Shown here: one piece after another, positions 34,001-47,276 of the stretch
Layout of the letters: every line of letters starts with the position of its first letter
How positions within the stretch are numbered: position 1 is the first letter of the stretch
DNA from: Cyanophora paradoxa CCMP329
Taxonomy: Eukaryota > Plantae > Glaucophyta
DNA length: 64,000 nucleotides
NCBI GenBank assembly: GCA_004431415.1
Contig: QPMI01000449.1
Span: forward strand, 62,001-126,000
Direction of reading: 5' to 3'
Program-made: the position numbers and the translations under genes
Notes under the pieces: model-generated
Database searches by the model: none
What the model was told of the DNA's origin: nothing
The model's input: the letters and a program-made list of their open reading frames with translations, nothing else

Positions 34001-37000
34001 GTCTGCCTGCTTGCGCACCGCTCTCTCCTCAAGCTCTGCGAAGTCGTCTGCACCGACGGCGGGAACCGAAGCCTGCGCGGCACGCGCGCAAAATCATGTC
34101 AGCGTTGTGAATCTTTAAAGAGATTGAGGAGTTGAATGTGAAGCGGACCTCCCGATCGAGGAGCTCGAGCTCAGGCGTCGAAGCGCGCTCCAACGGACGG
34201 GAGGCCTGCACCTGCTCCTGCCGCCGACCGTGAGCGAGACCCGCAGCGGACCGGACGAGCGCGGCGCGCTCGCGCACCCGCTCCGGAACGAGGCCGGCTC
34301 CGTCGCCGTTGCCGTCGCCGCCGTCTTCGCCCTTCGCGACCGTACGCGTCTCCGGCGCCGAGTCCAGCTCGTCGGCCGCGGGCCGCTCCGTAGCCTCGAG
34401 CGCTGCGTCGATGGCTTCCTCCTTTGCATCCGCCTCCGGATCCGCGGGCGCCAGCCCGCCCTGCTCCGCCACGTTTCCGCTGACTTCCGGCTCTAGATCC
34501 ACGTCGCGGAGCTCGCCAGTCGCCTTCGAAGAGGATATTATGAGGAGCCACGCGTGCAAAATCTAGAGGAACGGCCAACACAAAAGAACGCACCTGCTCA
34601 ACGCCAGCCTCGTCCGAAGCGTACTTGGGCGCCAGCTCGGCCTCCGCCGCCTCTGCCGCCGCGACCTCCGCGCCCTCGTCCGCCTCCTCTAGCTCGAGCT
34701 CGCCCCTGTCCTCCGCGCGCTTCGGCGGCGGGGCCACGATGCTGTTCTTCGCCGACGGGTCCGCCTTCCGCACCACTTCGACCTTCTCGTCACCCGAACT
34801 CTGACGCGGGAACAAGTTAGAGAGCTTGAGCTCAACATTGTAATTTCGCGAACGCGCACTTCGGTCCCGTCCTCGGCCCCCTCCTCGTCCTTGGGCAGGG
34901 GCACGATGCTGTTCTTGGCCAGTTCGCCCGGCCCGTCGGCGGGGAGCTTGGCCACCGGCGCCGCCTCCGCCCTGGGCGCCTGCGGTGGCGCCGGCGGTCG
35001 TGATCAGCCGTCTCCGCCTCGCCTGAATCCATGAGATTGTAAGCAGATGCGGCACCTGCTTGCCGCCCGAGCTCCCGCTCTTGCCCAGCTTCTTCTGCTT
35101 TGGCGCCGGAGCCTGTGCGTGCACGAAATTCTTAAATTCAGAGCGGGCGGCAGAGTTCGCTCGGCGCCCGCACCTCGGCGACGGCCGTCGGGGCTTTGGG
35201 CGCCGGCGGGGTCTGCTTCTTCGGCGCCGTGGCGGCACCCGCCCCCGTCGACTTCCGCTGCTCGAGATCAAGAAAATCAACCAAGAGAACGACCGCGAAA
35301 CGTAACCAAGAGAACGCACCTCGACGGAAACCGCGGCCTTGGGCGAAGGGGACTCCGTCTGCGCGGCCGCTCAGCGCGCGCTTCGCTTCGCGAATGCGAA
35401 ACGCGCGCGCGAGCGCACGGCGGGGCCCGCGGCGCTCGACCCGCCCTGCGTCCTGTCCAGCCACGCCTGCAACGAAACTGTAAGCAGAAGCGATCTTTGG
35501 CGACAGCTGCAGGGATAAGAACGGCTCGCTCGCCAGGGCGCGGGCGCATTCCTCGAGGAAGGGGACGTAGGCACGCTCGCAGGCGGCCGGCCCCGCCGCC
35601 GCCAGCGACTCGGCGCGAAGCAGCAGCGCCGCCCGCACGTCCTGCGAAATTAAACGACTCAGCGGAGATCTGGACGAAGACATGCAAAAGAAATGAAATG
35701 AATTAAAGATCAACTAAACTAACTTAGCGGAGATCTAGATCTAGACGAAGGCACGCAAATGGAATTCAACAAAACAAATGATTCTTCAAAGGGGCGCCGC
35801 GGCGGACCGGGAGGGGGGCGTCCGGGTCGAGGCGGGCGATGCGCCGCGAGAAGCCCCGGAAGAAGGCCGCCCGCGCCTGCGATCCGATCTTGTTAGTTCA
35901 AGGCAAGAATGCTGGGAGATCTCGCTAAAGTCTTGGCTTAAAGCTTGCACTCCAGGACTCTAAGCTATGGCATTTGCCTTGAGCAATAAATCTTCTTAAG
36001 CTTCGAATTCTATGAGGTCTTCGAGCTCGGGCGCCGAGCGTCAGTCAACGGGGCGGGCCTTGGTGTCGCCGAGGGCGGAGCGGGGCCGGGAGGCCTCCCA
36101 CGCCTCCTCCACCAGCTCCTCCAGCGCCGCCTAGGGGGACGCGTACAGTGAGAGCGAGCTCGAGGACATTGAGCTCAGGCACTTGATGAAAGAAGCTTAG
36201 AGGCTAAGAGCTTATCGTGCGTTCTGACGAGCGCGAGAGGAGGCCCGGGGCGGGGCGGGGCGGGCCGGGGCGGGGCGGGGCCGGGGGCGCACGGCGTCCT
36301 CGTGAGCAAGGTCCTCCCCCACGATCCGCAGCGACGCGTCCTGCCCGACCCCAGCCCGCGGGTGAGCCAGCGAGCTCGAGCGAGCGAGCGAGCAGAGGCG
36401 GGATGTTTTAAGGGGCCGGGCTGGACGGCGGCAGCGGCGGAGCAGTCCAGGGCAGCAGCTGGATGGAAGGCAGCAGCGGCCCCGATCGCGATCGCGAGCC
36501 GCGACATCGAGGAACTAGCGCGGCGGAGGGCCCGGGGCGGTCCACGGCAGAGGCGGGAGGGGGCTGGCTTCACGGCCTAGCTTCACGAGGGCCTAGCCCG
36601 GGGGTCTGCGTCGATGAACGCACCAGGACGCTGCCCCACTCGGTGAGGAAGGCGCGGCCCTCGCCGGCCGTCGCCGCCCCCAGGCGCCCCGCCCCGTCCA
36701 CCAGGTACGCCCGCATGTCCTGCCCGCGCGCACGCCGGTCAGACCAAGGCAATATAAATGCGAGAGGTCGAGATCTAGAAGCGGGAGGGCGGGGCGGGGC
36801 GGGGCGGGCGCACGGGGACAGGGCCCGGGATGTCGACCCACGCCAGCATCTCCGCCACGCAGCGCACCCCCTCGTGCCGCGCCTGCAAAAGCGGCACCGT
36901 CAAAAAGGCAGACTAGAAGGGCAGACACGGAGCAGAATATAAACGGACCTCGGGGGCCTGGGCGCTGGTCGACCACGAGTACGAGACCGCGTCCTGTTAA

Positions 37001-40000
37001 TGAAACGGAAAGGATAAATCTCATTGCTCACATAGAAGTTCTTAAGATAGAAGCCTTGGGTTATCGTACCCTGATGTCCTTGAGGACGGCGGCGAGGGGC
37101 CGGCCCTCGCGGGCGCGGCGCGGGTCGAAGCCGGGGTGCAGCGGCACGGCCGAAGCCGGGCTCGAGCTCTTGGCCTGCTGCGCGGGGCCGGGGCGATCGC
37201 GAGCGGCCATCTCGCCATCCTCGCCCTCCTCCTCGTCCTCCTCCTCCTCGGCTTCGTCCACGGAAAGTGATGAAGACTCGGCCGAGGCCGCCGACGCCGC
37301 CCCCTCGCCGGTCTGCATCATATGCACGAAGTTACTATGGGAGGAAGGCGCAGAGGCGGCGGCGAAGGAGAAGGAGCGGCACCTCGCCAGCGGCCAGCGC
37401 GGCGAGCCAGCCCTGCAGACGGCGCCGGCGTCAGGTGCGGATGAGCTCGGAAATCTGGAAATTCGGATCCGGCGCACCAGGGCGCCCTCGCACTCGGCGA
37501 GGAACCCGCCGTACGCCCTAAGCTTCCCGCTCGCCGCGGCGCCCTCGAGCTCGACCTCGAGCTCGCCCGCCAGCGACTCGGCCCGCAGCAGCAGCGCCGC
37601 GCGCACGTCCTGCAAAGCGAAACGAGTAAGGGGACGAAGAAGAAGAAACGCAAAAGTAAAGGGCGCGGACGAAGAGAGGCGCGTCGGGGTCCAGACGCGC
37701 GAGGCGGTTTGCGACGGAGGAGAGCAGCGCGGCGCGCGCCTGCGAGCCGGTCTTGTTGTTAAAGGCAAGTGCGGTCTTGTTTTAAGGTCCTTTGTACTTA
37801 AAGCTATACATGGAATCAGCTTCAAGCAGTAACTCTTGTCAAGCTTCGAATTCTATGAATTGTTAACTCTTGTCAAGCTTCGAATTCTATGAATTGTTAA
37901 CTCTTGTCAAGCTTCGAATTCTATGAATTGTTAACTCTTGTCAAGCTTCGAATTCTATGAATTGTTAACTCTTGTCAAGCTTCGAATTCTATGAATTGTT
38001 AACTCTTGTTAAGCTTCGAATTCTATGAATTTCTATGCAACGGATGCCAGCGGCGCGGCGCGCGCCTGCGAGCCGGTCTTGTTGTTAAAGGCAAGTACGG
38101 TCGTGGTTTAAGCTTAAGGCCTTTTGTTTTAAGCTTAAGGCCTTAAGGCCTGCTTAAAGCAGTAAATCTTGTTAAGCTTCGAATTCTATGAATTTCTATG
38201 CAACGGATGCCAGCAGCGCGGTGCGCGCCGTCGGATCCGCGAGCCGCTTCCGCCGCGCCGGCGCCGCCTCCCCCTGCATCTCGTCCACCAGCGCCTCGAG
38301 CAGGACCTGCAAGCGAATGCTTAGCTATAGAATGTCGAGGTGCAGTACAAAACCTAATGTAAAGGTAAAGATGAAGCGGTCTCTGTAACTATAAGATAGA
38401 TTTTAGAATGTAGTGGTGCAGCTCTGTAATTATAGGATATCGATACTATTTAGATTGTGGATCTAGATCTAGAGGTGCATGACAAGCTCTTTCGAATTCA
38501 GAGCTTGCATTCACCGCGTCGTTGTCGAGCATATCCTCGCCGACGATGCGGAAGGCGGCTCCCAGAGAGGCGCCCCACTCCGCGAGGAACGCGGAGCAGG
38601 CTTCGGCGTCGGTGCCGGCGGCGGCCCCCGAAGCGAGCTGGCCGGCCCGGGCGATGATGTAGGCGCGCATGTCCTGCGCCGAACAATGAGATCTTAGAAT
38701 AATAATACAAAGATGTAACGTTTAACGGCGCACCGGTGCAGGAGTCGGGAGGTCCACGCCCGCCAGCAGCTCCGCCACGCGGCGGACCCCCGCCGGCGCG
38801 TCGGCGTCCGATCCCGAGCCCGACGCCAGCTCCGCCCGCGCGCGCCGCACGCGTTGGAGGACCCCCTCCAGGCTGCCCTCGTCGGCCTCCTCCTCCTCCT
38901 CCTCTGCTTGCTCCGCGGCCGCGGCCGCGGCCTCCTGTTCCGCAGCGTCGGCGTCGGCGTCGGCGACGGCGCGCGGGGCCGCCCTTGCTTCCCCGGCCTC
39001 GTCCTCTTCCTCTTCCTCTTCCTCGCCGGCGTCGTCGCTGCGCTTGACGGACGGGACCTGCACACATGCGTCAGGGCGGAAGCTAAGGGACAAGGGGACG
39101 GCCGGGGCAGAGGGCCGAACCGCGAAGGCCTTGCCGCCGCCCTCCACGAGGCGCTCGTTCAACCACGTCTGCAAAGGCACGTTGGATTTCGATACGATAA
39201 GGATTAGCCGCGTCAATATCGCGCACGAGGGCGGCGGCGCAGTCGGCGAGGGCCGGGGTGTAGTGCTTCTTGGCGGCGGCGGGCCCCTCGGCCACCAGAT
39301 CCTCCAGGCGCCGCACGCAGACCTCCCGCACGTCCTGCGGGAGGGATGAAGGAAGTGTGAGAGGAGGAAGCGCTCCAGTGGGCCGGGGCCTCAGGTCACT
39401 AGCTCTCTAGATCTCCAAGTACTAGTAAATAATGAACAAGGATCATGTGGGGCGCACCGGGAGGGGCGCTGCGAGCTCGGCGTCGGCGAGGCGGGCGGCG
39501 AGGGCGCGGAGGGCGTCGCGGCGGCCCCGCGCCGTCCGGTTCGTCCCCGCCAGCCGCCCCGCCCCCCGCAGCTCCTCCACCACCGCCCCCACCGCCGCCT
39601 GCGCGCGGATCACATAAGTAGTCGTAACTGTGCGGCGCCGGCGCCAGGGCGCCAGGGTCACTGAGACAGGGCGCTGATCTAGAGTCACAGCTCTTAGAAT
39701 ATCATTTCATGAGGGGCGGCGGGGCGCACGGCGTCCGAGGCGGGGGCTAATAAGCTCTAATGAGATCTAATGAGATCTAATGAGATCTAATGAGATCTAA
39801 TGAGATCGTAGGCTTAGAGTGTCTCATACTAAGAAGGCGCACGGCGTTGGCGGCGGCGAGGCGGGGCCCGGCGAGGGCGAGGGCCGCCTCCAGCGCCGCC
39901 CCGCACTCCCCCAGCGCCGCCGCGTACCTGCGTGTGCCGCCCCCGCCGGAGACGTAAATGCGAGAGGCACGAACGAAATGTGAAGGATGAAAGGATAGAA

Positions 40001-42566
40001 TTCTAGAGACGACTAGTCGTTCTATATATGGAGGCTGGCCGAACAAAAATGCGAACGAACGAGACTAGTCGATGTGAGACGAGACTATTCGATGTGAGCG
40101 TCTAATTTTCTAATGTTGTAGCTTCTAGGATAATTCAAGACTAGCGCAGCTCGTTCGGTTGCATCTTATAATTAAGAAGTGGTCCCGGCGCACCTGGCGC
40201 GGCAGTCCTCGGGGGCGGCGGCGGCGAGGGCCTCCAGGCGGCCCCGCACGTACGCCCCGGCGTCCTGCGGGAGGCGGGGGCAGGGGGCGAGCGGAAGGCG
40301 GGCGGGCTAATTAGAATACGCTGCGGATATGGACGAAGGTAGCCGGGCGCACGGGGAGCGGGGCGGGGGCGGTCATGGAGCGGAGCATGGCGGCGACGCA
40401 TGCGAGGTTGGCGCGCCGCACGCGCCCCGAGAGCACCGAGCCCGTCCACCCCGCCACCGCTGCCGGCGCCGCGCGCGAGAGAGAGGTGAGATCAAGACGA
40501 CTTGGACCAAGATTAAGATATCAAGAAGACTAGATCTAGACTTCAGCGCGCGGGCACCGGTGACGTCGGCGAGGACGGCGGGGAGGGGCCGGGGGCGCCC
40601 CGCCCGCCCCGCCTCGAAGCGTGGGTGCAGGTCCGCCTCAACCTCCTTCCCCTGCACGGGGCCGATCAGGGCGGGGGGCTCAAGTAGGCTAGAGCATCGA
40701 TCATAGGGTATGGTAGAGGCCTAGAGGCCTCGGCGTTTGATATGATAGCTATAGAGGGCTGAAGCAGGTTTAAGCAGTATCTTGAGGCCTAGAGCCTTTA
40801 ATTTGTTAAAGGCGAAGATCTAGAAGGCTTTAGCTTGTGAGCAACATCACAGAGGGCTTAAGCTTAGGTTGGAGCGGCATTGAGAGGTTAAAAGCCTCGT
40901 GTGCACCTTGCTCTTCCCGCCGGGGGGCCCCTCGACGTCCGAATCCGTCTCGGGCTCCTCGGGCGCCGGCCCGGCCGCCGAAGGCGCCTGCGCCGCGCCG
41001 CGCCCCGCCCGCCCGTCAGCACGACGGCGCAGGAGCTCATGAGATCATGTTAGAGGGCCCTAGAGATCAGAGAGGGCCTAGAGCTAAGAGTCTACGCTTG
41101 ATATTAAGCTCAAGCTAAGGCGCAAAGTTCAGCGCCAGCGGGCCGGGCGCGCACCCCGAAGGCCTCGCCGCCGCCGGCCTCCAGGCTCTCTGACAGCCAC
41201 GACTGCGCCGAAACCGAAGTCAAGCGACGCCTTCGCAGACGTGGAGCCTTAAAGGCTTGAGCCTTCGCTTGGCCTTAAGCCTTAATCTTGAAGTCTTAAG
41301 CTTAAGTTTTAAGCCTTAAGCTTCGCTTTAAGGCGTGGAGCCTTAAAGGCTTGAGTCCTACACCCTTAAAGAACGTCGAAAGCATCGAGCGCACCAGGGC
41401 GTTCCCGCACTCGGAGAGCATGGTGGCGTACCCCTTCCGGCAGGCGGCCGGGCCCTCCGCCACCAGCTCCTCCACCCGCCGCACGCACACCGCCCGCAGC
41501 GCCTGCCGCGAGCAGTGTTAAGAGCGAGCGGCACTGGGCTCGAGATTCGATTCGCGAACCGGGAGGGGCTTGGCGAGGGCCAGTGCGGCGAATCGGGCCG
41601 CCAGCTCCTTCGCCTGCTCCTGCCGGGCCTTGCCCGCCCGCGTCCCGAACGCCTTCGCAGCAGCTCCTTCGATCTCCCCGATCAGCGCATCCACTGCCGC
41701 CTGCGGCCGCGCGCGCCGCGCGTCAGATCAGATCCGCCGCGCGGACTGAGAGCGGGGGCGAGAGGCGCGCCTTGTCCTTGGCGCCCATGCCCTTCCCGGC
41801 GACCGCTACCGCCGCCCTCTGCGCAGAAACCGCTGAGCTGTGCAAAGGGGCGGGCCGCTGCGCTCGAGCGCGAGCGCACCAGCACGCTCGTCGCCTCGGT
41901 GAGGAACGGGAGGTACCCGGAGCGAGAGCGACACTCGTCCGGCCGCGCCGCCAGCCGCTCCGCGCGCGACTGCAGGTACGCCCGCGCATCCTGCCGCCAC
42001 GCGAGCGCGCCGGTCAGGGGCTGGGCGCCGCGCGGCGCTGGCGCTGGCGCTGGCGCTCGCGCTGGCGGCGCTGCTCACCGGCTCGGGCGACGGGAGCTCA
42101 AGCGCCTTCAGCATCTCGGCGACGGCCTCCATCCGCTCGAGGCGCTCCTGGGGCTTCAGGACTGTGTTCGCGACCCACTGCGCCCGCCGCAGCACGACGG
42201 CGCCGACGTCCAGGGCCCGGCTCGCCTCCGCCTCCTTCGCATCGAAGCCAGGATGCAGCTTCTCAATCTGCGAGGCGCGGGGCCGTGCGGCGGACGTGAG
42301 GCTGAGCCGAGCGCTTCTAGATCTAGTTCGCCGCGCGCCGGCGACCCCGCGCCGCGCGCGAGGCCCACCGGTGCAAGGATCTTGGGGTCGAGCGAGGCGC
42401 AGAAGAAGCGCTCGCCGAATGGCTGGCCCGCGCCCCTCCGGCGCTGCTTTCGTCCTCCGAGTGCCAGTGCCGCGCCGCGCAGGGCGGCCGGACGCGGCTG
42501 CCATGCAGAGAAACGTCCCGCGATGTCCCCGCCGCGCACGGGCAGCGGGGGCGCCGCCGCGAACAT
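31072..42566 (-). CDS. Large uncharacterised protein with six copies of an alpha-helical module; putative plastid transit peptide
   Basis: N-terminus MFAAAPPLPVRGGDIAGRFSAWQPRPAALR...FFCAS. Recurrent exon motifs are L(H/Y)PxF(D/E)....L.AV..D, VAE(M/L)L..(L/V)DLP.P, D(M/V)RAY...RA..LA....RAFLxE(W/C), and DVRAAL..RA..L.A.GP..C.KAY..FL..C..A(L/M). Last exon DWLLDNSDSYNWL*. Confidence 0.75.
31190..33940. repeat. Intragenic duplication of a ~880-bp four-exon block (31190-32062 vs 33053-33938)
   Basis: Long near-identical stretches (e.g. 31864-32060 vs 33742-33938) with shared intron positions. Confidence 0.9.
37830..38030. repeat. Intronic 34-bp tandem repeat TAACTCTTGTCAAGCTTCGAATTCTATGAATTGT, ~6 copies
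   Basis: Five exact copies plus one variant, regularly spaced with no unique spacers, so not a CRISPR array. Confidence 0.95.
39757..39807. repeat. Intronic 10-bp tandem repeat (CTAATGAGAT)x5
   Basis: Exact tandem copies. Confidence 0.95.
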
Positions 42567-42609
42567 GATGATGAGGCGTTGACCTGGGGTACAAGATCCT
42601 CGGGTCCGG

Positions 42610-44911
42610 ATGAGGCAGGTCCGGCGGCTGAGCGCGGAGGCCCCCGAGCAGCCGCTGCCGCGTCGGCCCGATGACGGCGGGGCAATCGAGCGCTTTGAGG
42701 CCTGGCTGCGCGATCAGGGCGTCGAGTTGGACGGCCTGCGCCTCGTGGACTTCCCTGGCTTCGGCGTCGGCCTACAGACCACCCGCAAGATCGAGGCAAG
42801 CAGTAGCTAGCGCCCGCACGCGCCCGCTCGTGCAGGCAGGGCCAGACGGGCAGCCGACTCGCGAACTTTAGCTGCCGGCCCGCCCCGCTAGCCGGAGGAT
42901 GCGAGACACCGCCCGGCGCGCGCTCACGCTCCGCTGCAGAAGGGAGACAGGATCGGGACCGTCCCGCTCCGCCTTCTCATGACGAACCGCACGGCGCGAA
43001 CCTCGCGCCTCGGGCGGCTGCTGGAGGGCGCGCCCGCCGCGGCCGTCGACGACGCTTCTGTGATGGCGCTGCATGTCCTCTGCGAGGACGCGGACCCTTC
43101 CTCCTTCTGGAGGGCCTACCTGGGTCGGCCCCGGCCCCGCCCCGCAGCTCGGGCCGCCTGACCGGGCCGGGCCGGGCCGACGCAGACACGCTGCCGAAGA
43201 CCTTCACGACGCCGCTGTTCTTTTCGGAGGAGGAGATCGATCTGCTGCAGTGCCCGCGCGCAATGCGTGCGCGTGCGCTGCCCGCCGCGACCCGTACGGC
43301 GTTCTAAGGCGGCGCCCCCGCGGCTGCTCCTCTCCGCAGCCTCCGCCCGAAAGCAGCAGCGACGGCTCAAAGCCGCCTACGAATCCTGCCGCCCCCTTCT
43401 GGAGGCGAGATACCCCCCCCCCCCGCCCTCCCCAGCGCGCCTGACTCTGTACCCCCAGGACTCCTTCCCCCCCTCGCACCGTACCTTCGAAAAGTTTCGG
43501 TGGGCCTGGTCCGTCCTCTTCACTAGGGCCTACTGGCTTGAGCCCGACCTGTTCGGGAGGTGAGTGAGGCTCTGCGTACCCCCCCTGACCGCTCGACGGC
43601 GTACCCTGAGACCCCAATCCGCCGTAGCCAGTGGGGCCTCGTACCCTTCGCCGACGCGCTGAACCACTGCTGCGAAAAGGTCCGCTTCGGCATCTTCCGT
43701 GCCCGTACCCCCCGGGTCCCAGTCTGACACGTACCCCCCCAGAACGATTCTTACTACGACGAGGACGAGAAGGCGTACGTGTGCCTTGCGGGATCGAGCT
43801 TCGCGGCGGGAAAGCAGGTACCCCCCCCCCGCCACCGTACCCCCCTTTCGGCTCCCCTCACGTACCCCCCTTTCTCCACCCCCAACTGGTCAGGTCTTCG
43901 TGAACTACGGCCCGTACGACAACTGGCGCCTCCTGAAGTGGTACGGGTTCGTCGTACCCGGGAACCCCTCCGACCACGTGAAGGCGCGTCGCACCCTCTG
44001 CACCGCGCGACTTTTCGCGTACCCCTTCTGAACCGAATCGGCGTACCGGCAGTTCTCTCCCGAGGCGGCGCTGCTTGGCCCCATACAAAAGGAGGAAGAG
44101 GCGACGCCGAAGGACGCCGTGCAGGCTAGCTTGGAGAAGGAGAAGACGGGGGCGGACCAGGCGGCGCTCAAGCGCCGCATCTTGGAGGAAAACGGCATGC
44201 TGGGGTGCGGGCCAGCCCGGCCCGGCCCCGCCCGGCCCGAGCCCTCGCCGTTCGGCTCGGCCTGGCTGACTCACGGTGCCGCGGATGCGCGGCAGGGCTC
44301 TGGGGGTACGGGCGGACGGAAAGGCGACCCCGAACCTAAAGCGGTGCGATTAGATCCGCTCAGATGAGCGGCTGCGCCGCTCTGACGCGGCCCGGCCCCG
44401 CCCCGCAGCGGCCTGTGGCTTGCCTTCTCGAGGCGAGGGGAAGGCGAGACCGAGGCCGAGTGGGCCAAGAGGGCCGAGCGCCTGGCGGCAGGCGAGGCGC
44501 GTCTGCATCCGTGCCACCCTATCGCTCCTTCAAGCCTCCTGATCCTCGCCCGTGCAGGAGAAGGTGCGGGGCTCGGTCCACCGCCGCGCCTGGGCGCACC
44601 TCGCGGCGCTGTGCAAGGCGGCGCTGCGGGGGTACCCCACCACGGAGGCGGAGGACGAGACGGTGCTCGCGGGGGCGGGCGGGGGCGGGGTACCGCCGCC
44701 CGCGGCCGCGGCGCGCCTCGCGGTGCAGTGGCGGCTCGAGCAAAAGCGCATCCTGCGGCGCTTCGTGGAGGCCGCCGAGGCGGGCGGGGGCGGGGGCGGC
44801 CGGCCCAGGGCGAAACCGGCTTCGAATTCGAGGCGGAGCGGGGGCAACCCCGCCGCAGCCTCGGGCGGGGCCGGCGGTGGCCCCGCAGCCGCGGGACGTG
44901 CGCGGAACTAG
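42610..44911 (+). CDS. SET-domain methyltransferase, Rubisco-LSMT/SETD3/SETD4-like, with C-terminal substrate-binding domain
   Basis: FEAWLRDQGV...GFGVGLQTTRKIE|KGDRIGTVPLRLLMT, SSFWRAYL|DTLPKTFTTPLFFSEEEIDLLQ, FRWAWSVLFTRAY, LVPFADALNH, GKQ|VFVNYGPYDNWRLLKWYGFVVPGNPSD and YPTTEAEDE...AVQWRLEQKRIL. Confidence 0.92.
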
Positions 44912-45197
44912 CTAGGCGAAGCTAGCGGTAGCGTAGCGGGTAGGCAGAAGCTCCAGTTACCATAGATAGACAGTTCTGCAGTGAATCGGTGAACCAGCAG
45001 TGAATTCACAAAAAGCACCAGCATGAATTCAAAGCAAGAGTGAGTTGTGCCGGGTACGCTAATTGCCAAGCGCGTCACCCGAGCTGCGGCTGCGGCTCTT
45101 CTATCGCTGGTTTCAGAGCGTTCTCGGACCCTACATTCAGCCTTGCGTAGCGGAGGCAGCGGAAGCGCCGCCCCCGCGGCGCGGGTGCGACAGCGCG

Positions 45198-47276
45198 ATG
45201 CTCCCTTCGAGGCGGCAAGCGCAGGCGCTGGCCGCCGCAGCGGTGCTCGCGGTCCTCTTTGCAAAGCGCCGGAAGATCGTAGACCGGCTGGATCGGATCA
45301 TACACACGTGGGTGCGCAACGCCGCCCACGCCATCCGGGGCCACTCGACGCGGCCGCCGACCCCGCGCGCGCTCGCGCCGCAGTCTTTCTTAAACGACTC
45401 CCTGCTGCACGGGAGCCGCATAGGCGCAATCCTGCTTGAGGACATCAACCGCTTCCTCCTCCACCCGCACGGCCACGCCGAGGTCCGCCGTCTCTCTCCC
45501 TCCCTCCCGCGTCCGTGGGCCGAGCGAGCGTGCCCAGCAGGAGGCGCACAGCATCTCGGGGCTTCCGCAGAGCATCCGCCGCGTGGTCGCGCTCCTCTCC
45601 TCCGCCGAAGTCCACGCCGCCGTCCGCAATCTCGCCTCCGGGCTGACGCAGGGCGTTTCGGACGGCGCGCCCGCCCTCACCTAGCGCTGCGCCCGCTGCT
45701 GCGACCTGATTCTCCGGTTTCTGCGCAGGCATCTGGAGCACGGGACTGGAGGCCTTGCACGTCCCGGCCCCCGCCGCGGCGGCCGCCGCCGCGGCGGTCG
45801 GCTCCGCGGCGCGCGGCGCGCGGGAGGCGGCGGACGGCCTCAGCCGCGGGCACCAGCCCGGCTCCTGGGGCCTTTTCCTCGCCGTAGCCAGCCGCGCCCT
45901 CCAGGGCATCGCCCACCAGCTGGACTTGCGCGCAGGCTCAGCCGCCGCTTCCTCCTCCGCCTCCGCCTCCTCCTCCGCGCCGGCGCCGTCCAAGCCCGCA
46001 GGCGACGGGGCGCCCGGCAGCAGCGCGGCCGCTGAGACCGCGGCCGCCGTGCGCGCGGCGGCGGCCTCCGGGGAGGGTACAGCGGTCCTGGCCGCCATGC
46101 TGCGCGCCTCCCTCGTACCCGGGAGCCCCCTCCGCCGCTGCGGCGCCCCCGCCGGCTCCCGCCCCCCCCGGGGCCTCTTCTCCCCCCCGTCGACGCCTCC
46201 CCTCGTCCTCCGCCGGCTCGCCCCCCCCCTCCCCCCCGCACTCCCGCTCCGCCTCGCCCCTCCCGCGTACCCCCCTCGCCACGCCCCAGCGAACCTCCGC
46301 GCTCCAACTCCGAGCCGCGGGCACCCCGTCCGCGGCGGCGGCGCCGCTCCATCCCCCCCACCCCAGCGCCTCCCCCCCTCGCCCGGCACCGGTGAGCGCC
46401 GGCTCGCTGGCGGCCTCCCACGCGGCGGACCTGGTGCGGGCGACGGTCTGCGCTGTGCTGGGCGACACGCCCGAGCAGCGCGCCTCCGCCATCTCCGGCG
46501 CCGCGGCCGCAACGACCTCCGCCGCCGTCCGCGCCGCCGTCGAGGCCGGCTGCTCCGTCCTCCTCCCCCGCCTTCCTCCCTGCGCCGGCGGCGTCGGCGC
46601 CGCCCGCGGCGGCGGCGGCGGTGGCGCTCCGCGGGGCGGTCGCGATGGACGCGGCGCGGGCGGGGCGGCGCTGGTCGGGGAGACGGCGCGGTGCCCCGAG
46701 GCGCGGGCGCTGGTCCTCGAGCTCGCCGCGACGGTCGTCCGCGAGGCCGTCACCTCGTTCGTCGACGCGGCGCTCGGGAGGCACCTGCGTGGGCGCCCGC
46801 GCCCGAGGCCTCGGCCACCGGAGGCCGGGCTCGGCGAGGAGGAGGAGACCCTGGAGGAGATCGAGGGCGGGCCGAGGGGCCGGGGCGGGGTCGGGACCGG
46901 GGCGGGGGCGGGTGCGGGAGCTGGGGACGGCGGCTTCGGCTGCGGCGGCGGCTGCGGCGCGGCGGGCCGTCCAACTGCCGGCGGCGCTGGCGGCTGCCCT
47001 CTTCCCGGGGGCCGGCCCCGCGCTCGAGCGGCTCCGCGCCGGCGCCGCGGAGGGCAGGCGGCCATCACCCTCCCCCCGCTTCGTGCTGCTCCCCCTTGTC
47101 CCGTTCATGTAACACCAGCGAGTCATTGGGCCAGCGACTGGGTGAAACCTTCCCCCCTCTCCCTCCTGTGTCTGTCTGTCTCGGCGGGGGTCCGAGACCC
47201 CTCTGGTCCGAGACCCCTCTTTCTCTCGCGCGCCTTAAGCTTGATATATACTCTTTTCCGCGCCGCGGCGCTTTAA
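45198..47276 (+). CDS. Phloem protein 2-like A10 (PP2-A10)-related protein
   Basis: Hydrophobic N-terminal stretch followed by KRRK. The segments AILLEDINRFL...LPQSIRRVVALLSSAEVHAAVRNLASGLTQGV and ARCPEARALVLELAATVVREAVTSFV resemble, from memory, blocks of plant PP2-A10. 3' end uncertain. Confidence 0.55.

Noticed and set aside
37830-38030. 34-bp repeats of CRISPR-like length
   Set aside because: Head-to-tail copies with no spacers, inside an intron, with no cas genes nearby.
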